Shown: positions 51,256 to 62,798 of the stretch, piece after piece
Layout of the letters: every line of letters starts with the position of its first letter
How positions within the stretch are numbered: the first letter of the stretch is position 1
Assembly (NCBI GenBank): GCA_964057225.1
Contig: OZ059895.1
Coordinates: 7,254,001-7,318,000, forward strand
From: Auanema rhodensis
Taxonomy: Eukaryota; Animalia; Nematoda
Length of the DNA: 64,000 bases
Direction: 5' to 3'
Position numbers and translations under genes: made by a program
Notes under the pieces: generated by a model
Told to the model about the DNA's origin: nothing
What the model saw: the letters and a program-made list of their open reading frames with translations, nothing else
Databases searched by the model: none

Positions 51256-51435
51256 ATTAATAAATTATTTGAACCTGAGGTTTCTACATGATTTTTATTC
51301 GGCCTTTAATGCAGAAAAAGATACAATAGAGAGAAAAAGGGCCAGTTAGATCGCAAGGATTAGATCAACCGCATTACTACAGTTTCAAGAATAGACGAGA
51401 GTTTGCTGATGAAAAGAATAAAGCGAGGTTTAGGC

Positions 51436-52040
51436 TTAGATAACGTAAGACATGGCAAAATATTTAGAAGTATCAATAGTCTCTGGAGTGGCATCTGGAG
51501 AGAGAACACGGAAACCAATGTAACGCAATGTACGAGGGAATCCATGTTCGATAGTATTTGAAGACTTCTCAAAAAGAGCTAAGACTCTTTCCAAGCCTTA
51601 AACAAATAATGTAATTATATGTTTGAAACTTTAGAAACTCACCTAAATCCTCTTCGCAGTATTCAAGCAAAGCGACAAAGCGCTGCTTAGATACAGCTAA
51701 AGGATCTTGAGATGATGGAATGACGATAGCAAGAGACTTTTCATCTGCCATACCCCACAACCATTCTTTTGAAACAGCAGCTACACGAGTTGATACCTAA
51801 AATTAGAAAATAGAGTGCTACAATACATAAAAAAATCTCACATCGTTCTTGCGACTTTCAATGCATGGGGGGACGTCAAAAACACCATCCGACCGCGGTG
51901 CCGCCGGTCTCACTGCTAAAAAAAAGAAGAATACATTGATCAAAATGATAACAAGTTATTATAAAATGCTGGTGTTCTTATGAAACTTACGTATTAAAGG
52001 ATTTACTGGAATTAGAATTACTTGAAATACTTGTAGCCAT
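51436..52040 (-). CDS. oaz-1: Ornithine decarboxylase antizyme, expressed by +1 programmed ribosomal frameshift
   Basis: ORF1 MATSISSNSNSSKSFNT|SETGGTAVGWCF ends TGG TGT TTT TGA (51887-51876). The +1 frame reads DVPPCIESRKND|VSTR...SKQRFVALLEYCEEDL|GLERVLALF...RTLRYIGFRVLSP...YFAMSYVI*, the antizyme domain. Confidence 0.95.
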
Positions 52041-52119
52041 TATAAATTCAGAATTGGAAGCGAAGAGAGAAAAATCAGTTGACTGACTGGTGAATGTGCG
52101 GACGGCCGTCGCGCCGCGC

Positions 52120-52127
52120 TTTATATA
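52120..52127 (-). promoter_or_regulatory. TATA box of oaz-1, within the GC-rich oaz-1/mat-1 divergent promoter
   Basis: Minus-strand TATATAAA followed by a GC-rich spacer and CATTC/TCAGT Inr-like sequences about 25-40 nt downstream. A TCTGCGTCTC motif lies at 52139. Confidence 0.6.
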
Positions 52128-52608
52128 CACTATGGTTGTCTGCGTCTCCTTGTGCCCTACACTCTCTATCTAGGTATCGACTCACTCAGCTGCGCGTTCT
52201 CACGCGCGTAGAATGAAAGGAGTACGGTAGTTTTGGAAATATTCCAAATTCCAGTATTGATTTTCTGTTTACCGTTGTTTATTTTCTTACGATTTTATCG
52301 TAGCGACTACATTGTCCTTAATTCCGGTTTTGGGATACGTCATAGACGATCGGTTCAGCTTCTGGGTCCAGAAACGATGAGATAGACCGTTTAGCTTGCC
52401 GAATCATGATGAAACAGGTCAAATTAGAGATACGCAAATGATTTGCCTATATAGGCGTCGTTTAAATTATGGGTTTATCATTATTCTTGATATCAATCGT
52501 ATAATTTCGTATTACTCTTTATTTAGTTTTTTCTTTAACACTAATTTTGTATTAGAAATATTATTTTAGAAAGGGTCTTAAAATCAGGGATTATATAAAT
52601 ATTTGGTA

Positions 52609-55451
52609 ATGTCATATTCAATTTTTGACGACATACCTCGAATAGACGGGTGTCCATCTTCACAAATTAAGGTAATTTATGATCAATTTTGTTTGTGTAT
52701 ATATATATATTTTTTTTTTAGTTTCTTATTCAAAGATATATCGAACATTTAATATTTGAAGATGCTTTGTTTCTGTCTGAATTACTATATGAACGAGGTG
52801 CTTATATCCTAATTTCTCATCTAAGTATTCAATTCTTTTCAGTGAAAACAGAAGAAAATCTTGTTATTCTGTGTGATTGTTTATTAAGACTATCTCGTAT
52901 TGATGAGGTACAATTTCTTTTTACATAATAATTTTATCGCTTGATGTTTTATAGGTTTACAATCTTTTAAAGCCATTGCCTAGGGAATTACCACATCTTC
53001 GCTACATTTTTGCTAAATGTTGTTACGATTTACAAAAGTATAATTTTCTTTTTTATTAATTTTATTAGTTCTGTTACAGATATGAAGAATGTGAAAACAC
53101 CTTATTAAACGAAAACCTTGAACTTCATGCTTCTATACGAGATTCCCCGTCTGCTCCGTTTGCTCGTCTGCTTTTATCGAGTATTTTCACGTGAGTTTCC
53201 TATATGATTTGCTTCTTGTGTATAAGAGGTTTCGAACTTTTGGTAGCTATTTTTTATTTTAGAGAGACAGGCAGAACTGAGCAATCAGTAGCTGAATGCG
53301 CTAAGGCAGTAAGAGCGAATCCCTTTTCTTGGTCTTCAATAACATCTTATATTAGAGTAGAATTTGACTGTTTTTTTCTAATTAATCGTTTTTATTAAGG
53401 TTGGTGGTAAAAAAGTTGCAGAATTAGTTGCGGAAAACGACGGATTAACGAAAGTATCCGATAAAGATGTTTCTTTAAATACTCCATGTGAAGATGATAA
53501 AACGGTAACCCCTGTAATTTTGTGCCCTGTTCCTAAAATTGGCATGGGAGCACCTAAAAAGTCGAGAGTATCAGAGGTACAATTAAGCATCATATTTCAT
53601 GACAATAGCTTGATGCAGGTCACAGAAACCAGGCGAAGTTCTCGTTTGGTTAATCAAGATAGAGAGAATGTTGGTGGTACTGTTTCGAGAGTTAGTGCAC
53701 AACCAAAGACAGGAAAGGTTGGTTCTAATAAATGCCATAGAATCCCATGGAAAATTTTCAGTTACGTGCTTTAACTCGTAATGACTTAACTCCAACAGTT
53801 ATTAGTACTCGGTCAGAACGCACTTCAACTTCCAGGTTTACTTTTGTCAATTTCCGCTTTAACCTTTTAATTCAAGAAAGTCGCGTGATGCGAAACAACC
53901 ACTGGCTTCTCGAAGCTCTAATGCTATGAGGTCGTTATCTTCATCTTCTACTAGTGTAGCATCTATATCAACATTATCAACCTCTGATAAAGAAGCAGTT
54001 GAGGAGTGTGTTAAAACTGTGAATCCTCTAAGTCCTTTAACTAGTAAGGTATAATGTGTTTATGCTTTAATTGTACATTACTTGAAGGGGAAATATACGG
54101 CAACATCAAGATTCTGTCAGCAATCGAAGAAGCAGTTAGTACTTATAAATGGACTGAAGCTGGAAATTTAATAGGTTCCCTCATTTAAATGAAAATTTTT
54201 GTAACCACTCAAATGTCTTTAGGAACATTGCCAAGTTCTGTGAAAGACCATGCTATTACTTTACATTTACTAGCCAGAATGAAGTTCGAACAAGCAGAGT
54301 ATGCTGCTGCTAGAGATATAATTCATAAACAGCGACAAATGTTTCCTCATAGATTGGAGGTATAAGAGAAAATTTGTTAATTATTGTGTACAAGCCATAT
54401 ATGTTTAGGGGACTGAATTATTGTCAACTGCTTTGTGGCATCTACAAGATAATTACCGCCTTTCTCAACTTGCTCAGGAGTTATGCACTAAAGCACGTAG
54501 GAGACCTCAGACTTGGTGTGTGGCCGGAAATTGTTTCTCTCTTCAGCGTCAAGTAAGACTAAATGTGTTGCCGTTTTTATAAAAGAAACTTCAGCATGCT
54601 CTTGCTGTGGAATGTATGGAGAGAGCAATTCAGTTAGACCCACATTTCGGATATGCATATACCCTATTAGGACATGAACTTGTTTTCCAAGAAGAGTTAG
54701 ATAAAGCTGCAAAAGCTTTCAGGTATTTCAGAATCCTGAAAATAGTATAACACACATATGGTTCAGAACTGCTTTGAGCATAGCTCCCAATGATTATCGA
54801 GCTTGGTATGGTCTTGGACAAGTTCATCAGAGAACGGAACAACTGCCTTTAGCTCAGGTTTTTATCTATAATTTTTGAATATTAATTTATTATTTAGCAT
54901 AATATGTCCGAAGCGCTATCAATTAACCCAACTAGTCGTGCCATTCTATGTACTTTAGCTCAAGTTGAACAAGCACTTAATCGTCCAACTAGAGCTATGG
55001 AACTCTTGAATACGGTAGTAGTTCCGGAGTATTAACACTTCTCAATGTAATGATTGTAGGCACTCCAACTAAATCCTAATGATGTAGCATGTAGATATAA
55101 TCGAGCAAGATTACTATATGAGATTAAGCAGTAAGTATTATTTTGCTTCATCTTCCAATAATATGTAATTGTAGGTATGATAAGTGTCTTAAAGAGTTGA
55201 ATGAGCTCAAAGGACTTTCACCGGATGAAGCACATATATTCCATCTTTTAGGTGAGTTCAATAATCATATATTTAAAATATCTCCAACTACTTCAGGCAA
55301 AGTACACCGGCGTTTGGGGAATACTCATACTGCTCTTATAAATTACAGTTGGTCTTCTGAGATGGATGCCGGTGGCGAGCAATTACTTGCTCATGCCGCT
55401 GGGGGAGAAAATGCTTATGATGATGATTCATATTCTCCTGAAGCCGATTAG
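52609..55451 (+). CDS. mat-1: APC/C subunit CDC27/APC3 (TPR protein)
   Basis: FEDALFLSELLYER, PHRLEGTELLSTALWHLQ, PQTWCVAGNCFSLQRQH, FGYAYTLLGHE, DYRAWYGLG, LGKVHRRLGNTHTALINYSW. Confidence 0.93.
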
Positions 55452-55965
55452 GTTTTTGCGATTCGGGTACCAATAGATAAATGCTCAGTTTTACAAATTG
55501 ATCTAGTTTTTATTACGGTCTTCAATATTTTTTTCTTATTGTTGGCTAATATAACCCTGTCATATTCATGTGCTTGCTAACTTACACTCATACATAACAT
55601 ATTGAAACTAACATGTAACCTTGTAAGACATTTTTTTCCTTTATTGCTTTCCTTCTTAATTAGAAGGATTTTTCTCCAAACCATGAACTCCCTTTAGTTC
55701 TTTCAATGTACACTAAGTTTTGTCATGAAATTACATGTTTGTAAATACGATAAGTAAAAGGAAACTTTCTTCATTTGTTTATTACTTCAATGGCCTTCAA
55801 TACCACATTTTATCTGTGCTTTTTTTATTTTTTAGGCAAATACTAGAATTGTTTGTTTCAGATCTTTAGATCGAATCTTTGAAATTTTTTAGTTGTTTTC
55901 AAATTTCACATATCAGGTAGTTTTAACCACTTCGGGTGCCATATGCTTTGGCTTTATCTTCAGAA

Positions 55966-58900
55966 ATGGTTGAATTTTATCCTAAAGCTATTGAAAGCGA
56001 TGGAGAGGAAATCCCAGAGGAGGAAGAAGAGATTGAGAGTGACGATGACATTGAGGTTGGAAAACATGTTAGTGAACATAGATCATCGGATGTTTAGGCT
56101 CTCTCCATGAAAAAGAAAAGAAAAATAGCTGGTGGTGCATCAGAATTTGCAGCTGATTTTTTTTTCGAAGGCTTTGCCGGTCAACAGGAAGATCGTGAAA
56201 CCGAGGATTTGAAAAAGTTTGAATAATATCGTATTTAAGAAAAACATTGTAATTCTTCCAGATATTTGAAAAAGTCTGTGGGGTCTACACTAGACGAAAA
56301 AATTGCAGAGGTTTTTTGGAAAATATATTTATTACTATTTTGGTTTTACTACTAGGTTCGAAAAAATAAAAACAGTGCTCGTGAAGTTGAAATTCTTGAT
56401 GATAATGATGATAGTGATAATGATGTAGAACAATTAGGAGGCAAAGAAGTGAAAGGTTCTGAGCATTATAATATATAAATTATGCTGATTTTATTATTTC
56501 AGACAGTGTGCGCGAAAAGAAAAAACTTGGTCGAAAGCAAAAACCAAAAGTTGATGATTTCTTTGAGGAGCATGTAAAAAAGGACGATGAAGTTAGCATC
56601 ACTTTTGACCAGATGAACCTATCAAGGCCTATATTGAAGGTAAAATAGTCTTTTGGAACGTCATTACTATTAATTACTATAACTCTTTTAGGCCATTGGA
56701 GCTGCTGGCTTTACTGAACCTACTCCCATTCAAGCTGCTTGTGTACCTGTTGCTTTAACTGGTAAAGATATATGTGCTTGTGCTGCAACCGGTACCGGTA
56801 AAACTGCTGCTTTTGTTCTACCCATATTAGAACGTCTGTTGTACCGATCAAATACTAGGTCTTGTACTCGTGTTTTGGTTTTAGTACCTACAAGAGAGTT
56901 GGCGATACAAGTGTTCCAAGTTTGTTATTTCATAAGAATTCTGTTTTGTATTCTTTTCCAGGTTTTTCGCAAATTATCCATTTATTCTCAGTTAGAAGTC
57001 TGTCTTTGTGCAGGTTTTTATATAATTCAAACTTTTTACAAATTATTTTATTCACAGGAGGGTTGGATGTTAAAGCTCAAGAGGCTGCTCTCAGAAGTGG
57101 TCCAGATGTTGTTGTTGCTACACCTGGACGTTTGATTGATCATCTTCACAACTCTCCAAACTTCACATTAAATACAATTGAAGTATGATAAAATCTAATT
57201 AGGAAATTTAATTTTTTGTTCAGGTTCTAGTATTGGATGAAGCTGATAGAATGCTTGAAGAAGCTTTCAAAGATCAAATGAACGAATTGATTCGTTTATG
57301 TTCTCCAAACAGACAAACATTACTTTTCTCTGCTACTATGACAGACCAGGTAACTAATTTGAGGAATAGCTGCTTGCCATAGCACGATTGCGTTCTATTT
57401 ATTTTATTTTCAATTATAAACTGTTTTTTTAGATCGATGAATTGGCTGCGATGTCTTTGAAGAAACCTGTAAAAATTTTCATTAATGAAAATACAGATAC
57501 AGCTTTGAAATTAAGGTGTGAAGATTTGAAACACTCGTTTTGTGTATCTATTTTTTCAGACAAGAGTTTGTACGTATTCGAGCCGGTAGGGAAACTGATA
57601 GAGAAGCGATTGTAGCTGCTCTTGTAACCCGTACTTTCCAGGTTATTATTTAACTAAACTGAGTATAAACAATTTTCATTATTTAAGGAGAATACTATTG
57701 TGTTTGTGAAAACTAAAAAGGACTGTGCTCGCATGCAAATTTTATTAGGTCTGCTGGGTATCAAGGTATAGCTATATATTTGATATTTAAAAAATATATA
57801 TTATTAGGTTGGACAAATGCAATCTAGTCTTTCTCAAGCTCAAAGAATAGAAGCCCTTTCGAAGTTCAAGAAAAGAGAGGTATTCCCATTAAGTGTTTAT
57901 CGAAGTTTAACAATTTCATTGCAGATTGATGTTATGGTGTCCACTGATCTAGCCTCCAGAGGTTTGGATATTGAAGGAGTTCAAACTGTAAATACTTCAT
58001 TTGTGTTATTTTATTCTATTATATATTTTAGGTTATTAATATGCATATGCCAAGGTTTATTAAACAATACATTCACAGAGTTGGAAGAACTGCTCGTGCT
58101 GGTAAAACAGGAAGGCAAGTTCTATCCTATCAAATATATTTATGACTTTTTCTAATTTAGATCGATCTCCTTAGTTGGAGAAGATGACAGAAAGCTTCTT
58201 AAAGAAATTGTTAACTCTAATGCTGACAGAACGTTGAAACAACGCCAAGTTGCACCAGGTATTTATGCGAATTTGTCGTGTGTTCAATAATTTTTGAGTT
58301 TTTTAGAAGTTGTTGAAGCATATAGACAACGAATTGATTCACTGGAAGATGATATCAAGCAGGTTCGAAATCTGAATAGAATTTTGTGCTTACTATTCAA
58401 TTTTCTAGATTGATATTGATGAAAGAGAGGAAAGAGAATTGCGCATAACTGAGGAAAATCTCAAAAAAACACAAGAACGACTAGAGAATCCGGAAGCTGA
58501 GGATAGGGTATGGTTCCAGAAGAAATCTGAATCAGGTTTAAATCAGTTGTCTAACCGTTTGGTCATATTTAATTATTCAGAAAAAGAAAAGATACGTCAA
58601 GAAAAGCGTGACGCTCGAAAGCAAGCTAAAAAGGATAAAGAAAATGCTAAAACTGTAATTAATAGCATTCGAATACCATAGTAACTTGATTTTTTCAGCC
58701 TGAAGAAGTTAAGGCAGAGCGTGAAGCTGCATTTTTGGTTCGCGAAGCTAAGCGTAAGAGAAGAGGAGCTCATACCCGTTTAAGAGCTGTTGTTGAAGAC
58801 TCCCAAGCTGTTAGTTTACATTTTCTTTTTGAAATAAGCGAAGTTATTAATTACCTATTCAATTTTAGAATAGAAAACAGCAAAAGAAAAAGAAGAATGT

Positions 58901-59262
58901 ATTATCTGCTGCTCTCTCAGATCTTCCATCAATTTCGGTATGTTTCTATTAAAGTTCAAAAAAACAGTTCTTGCCTTTCAGGGAGGAAAGATCACGAAGA
59001 AGAAGGGTCCAGGTGGTCCCAAAGCTGGACAATCGGCTAAGTCTGGTGCTGGTAAAAAATCGTTCACAGGAGCATTAGCCTCTGTTGGTAACAAGAAGGT
59101 TAAGATGGCTAGAAGAGGGTACGCATACTTACTTATATTTTTAAAATTTCTGTTATTATTGAATTATGGAATGGAAAGTTTTATTTTTACTTTTTCAGAC
59201 CGGAAGATTCTCAATTCATCAAGGCTCGCGTCGCTCATCGTATGAAAACCAAAAGAAGATAA
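55966..59262 (+). CDS. ddx-27: DEAD-box RNA helicase DDX27/Drs1
   Basis: Q motif [74 protein letters not shown]. Confidence 0.95.
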
Positions 59263-59789
59263 TTTCAGAATAATTCTCTTAAAAATCCTCGTTTTGTTTC
59301 TGTAGGATTAAAATCTCAAATTTTTATTTGTTGTTACACTTGTTATTGGATTGTTGATTTGTTGTTGAAACTTTGAAATTTATTCATGTTAATGTTCCAG
59401 ACTCAAATTCTGGAGAATAAAATTTATTTCTTGTATACCTGTTGGTATGTTTTCGAGATCGAGTTAAGATGACATAGTATCTTCCTAGTAACAAAAATAT
59501 TATAAAAAAAACCAGTTCTTGTAAGAGTTCAAAAAGAAAGTCATAAGAATTCATTGAAAACTTGTGTTTTCTTGAATTTATAAGCTTCAAATTATACTTT
59601 TGTTTTTGTAATCTGTTACTTAATGTTTTTTCATGCCTACTTTGATTTATGATGAATTGAGGAATTGAGGTAGATTTGAATTCTCAATAGAATAAATTGA
59701 ATAAGTTGCGATCTGTTCTTTCTCAAATGCTATATCTTCGAACTATATTTATCTGATTTCAACTTTCGATTTCACTATATCCCTCTGTG

Positions 59790-59913
59790 ATTTGGGTTCG
59801 TGTTCCTTAACGTAATATAGGTGAACATGCATTCTGAAATAGCGCTTTTGATGTTGGGTTTCTGAGAGCATCCCATGTTTGCAATCTCAGGATGCATGAT
59901 GGAAGCAACAAGT
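59790..59913 (+). ncRNA. Candidate box H/ACA snoRNA
   Basis: Two hairpins: CGTGTTC/GAACATG, then GCTTTT/GGAAGC with upper stem TTCTGAGA/TCTCAGGA. ACA at 59908-59910 lies just after hairpin 2; total length ~124 nt. The hinge AAATAG is an imperfect H box. Confidence 0.4.
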
Positions 59914-60584
59914 TTCTTTATAGTTTTCTTTCAATATTCGATGATTTCATATTTTTTCTTTTCTCTTTTCTTATCCTACTTGACTATATTTCTTGTCTAT
60001 CTATTAAAGATGATATGATATTGATAGTTATCTATCTATATCATTAAGATATACTTCTATGAAAATAAAATGTAATTTTTCATTTATAATCTCTCACAAA
60101 TATTATCAGTTTGCTTTATCGCTAGATATTATTTCTCCAATGAAAAGTGAAAATACTACTTTTCTTGGTTTTTCTTGATCAACACACGTGTTTGTATCAA
60201 CTTTGTATTGGCGTGTATACCATGCTAAGGGTCACCTGCGGCGAAATCATCTCCGGATCTCATACGACTAGCTGGTTTGCGCCAAACGCTCGATGAACAG
60301 CGAGTATGTGGATGGACGGGGTAGTAGAAATCTTGTTTTGCACAGGACTATGTCTTGAATACAAAGGATGTTATATCGATTTCGTTATTCTATGTCTTCA
60401 TCGAACGTTCAAAGAATTTGAAGAAAAAGTTTGTTATTAGAAGAAATCTCAAATAAATAACAATTCAGTACAAATATGAGTGCAGAGTTGGTAATGAAAG
60501 TGCGTTTGGTGACAGTTTTTAGCGCATTTCAATGCGCTAAATTGAGCTGGAAATGTCCGTGACACAGTACGGGGCATTTTCTGA

Positions 60585-62036
60585 TCAGTAAGAGACTGTT
60601 AAGCTGGGCAACAGAGATCCTACACGGTTATTCGTGTTCTTGGCAACAACAGACACGTAAATAAGAGAGAATGCAGCTAGAGCAGCAGAGGTATAGAAAG
60701 CATAGGTGAAGTGATAATGCTGGACAAGCTGAGCAGCATAGATTGGCAGAATGAAATGTGTCATCCATTGAACCATTGATGCTAAACCAGTAGCTTTTCC
60801 GAGATCAGTTGTTTCAACAGCGCTATAATATATTAACGTATTGATATGTTAAGTTTAAGTTTATATTACCTGGTGATTTGAGTACTGCTCTCGGCGTAGG
60901 CAATGGAGTAAGCTCCAGTTTGAACAGCAGTGATGACAAGCATTTGTTCGAAAGAGTCGACAAAGACAACAGCACAGTAACTGGTCAAGAGTCCAACCAA
61001 AGAAAATTGAAGAAGAGCTCTTGGACTGACGTTGCGTTGGAGAACTGGCAAGATGATGAACTGGACAACCAAAAGAGCAGCTGCCATGGTCATGAGAACA
61101 ATGGCGGAGTCATTAGAATCCTTCATGAAGTTTCTAAGCAAGAAGTTTCTTGAGATCATTTCATAGCATACGTAAGCTGAAACGATGAGACCTCTGATGA
61201 TCAATCCTTCCTATAAATTGGATGTGTATGCACAGACAAGGCGAGAAAGAGAGTTTACCTTAAGGGAGTTGTTCTTAGTAATCATTGGCCAATAGTCTTG
61301 TGGGCGAAGACGAGCACTAGCAAGCTTAGGAATGGAGTGGGTAGTTGGGAGTAAAAAGAAAAGAACTGGTAATAGAGTTCCGAGCAATGTTAATCCACAT
61401 ATGAATTGAGAAATGCGAAGACTGGTGAAGGCAGCAATTTTTGATCCGATAAGTGGACCAACAAACATGGCAGCAGCCTAAATTATTGATCGTATTTTTG
61501 GAATTTTCGATTTTAATTTTCTGACTTGGGGAACCGCGAGTCTCATAAGTGCCCCAGTTCTCTCTCTTTCAGTCGTAACGGTAGCCAGGTACATTTCGGC
61601 GGTTCCGTCAAGTTGATAGCCAATTCTTAAGATCTAAAGTTGCAATATTATTAGAATAATATGAAATATATTAATGTTGATACCTGAAGGACAAAGAACG
61701 CTAACCATGACTTAGCCACTGAAATACCAGCATAGTAAATGGCTGTAAGAATACAAGACAAGATGAACATAGTTTTTGGACCAGTAGTGTCAGCCATCTG
61801 AAGAATTCAACATAATATATATTTAAATGAAATTTGCATACTTGACCGAAAGCTAAAGCTCCAACTGCATTGCATAAACTACCAAAAGCTTGAATATATC
61901 CAAGATCTACAATAGTCATAACTTCTGTTGTATCCCATTGTAAGAATGAAAGAAGAGTTGTAGTCCATTGAGTTCCCATGTGCCATAATCCGAAGATTAG
62001 GCACAGGATATACATAACTTTCTGTTTTTTCTCCAT
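60585..62036 (-). CDS. MFS transporter (SLC22A18-like, DHA-type)
   Basis: 12-TM pattern; LGYIQAFGSLCNAVGALAFGQMADTTGPK, YLATVTTERERTGALMRL, FVGPLIGS, DLGKATGL. Confidence 0.85.
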
Positions 62037-62798
62037 ACCCTTGTCTGAAAGTTTAATAGGACATATTTGAGAAATACAGTAAAAACATGCGGAGAAATAA
62101 TAATATTAACAAATCAGTGGTTGAAAAAACTAAGAAATATAGTATTATAAGAAATTTATATAGTAGAGTAATGCAAATTATTATAAAAGTTAGGTATAAA
62201 TCAATTTGTGGAATGAATAAACATAGTGAGAAAAGACGAGCATAGTCAAGAGATGGCGTGTAGCAAAGAGTCCGCCTTCCTTGCCCTGTCGGCCTATTTT
62301 CACTTTCTCATCCAGCCCCTTCTTGCATCCGTTGACCAGATACAGGTTTCGTCGCGCCTTTTTCATCGGACCAATGCCTCTTTTTACAGTTTCAACATAT
62401 CTGCGTTTATCTATTTTCAGTTGTATTTCAAATACCACCTTCTTCAACAGATTGAAGGTACGCTATCCGCTTGAAGATATGCGAGGTGGTGACGATGTTA
62501 AAGGGGCCTATAGCTGGACGAACATCTTCCCAATCATACACGAGGAAGCTTATTGATGATCTTCTTTTTTGTCTGTATCTCTAAGAGTGTTCATTATATC
62601 GCTAGTGATAATGGCCTTGTTGTTCGCTTAGTCGTCTGTAATTCGAATCCAATTCGTCATTTTGAGGCGTTGAAACAGTAGTATGACGTTGTCGGGTGGA
62701 CAATGTCCAGATCGGTGTTCATGCAATCAGTACTTTTTACCAAAATCAAATTAATAATTGTAAATTGTTTTTATTTAGAACGTTAACAACAACTAATT

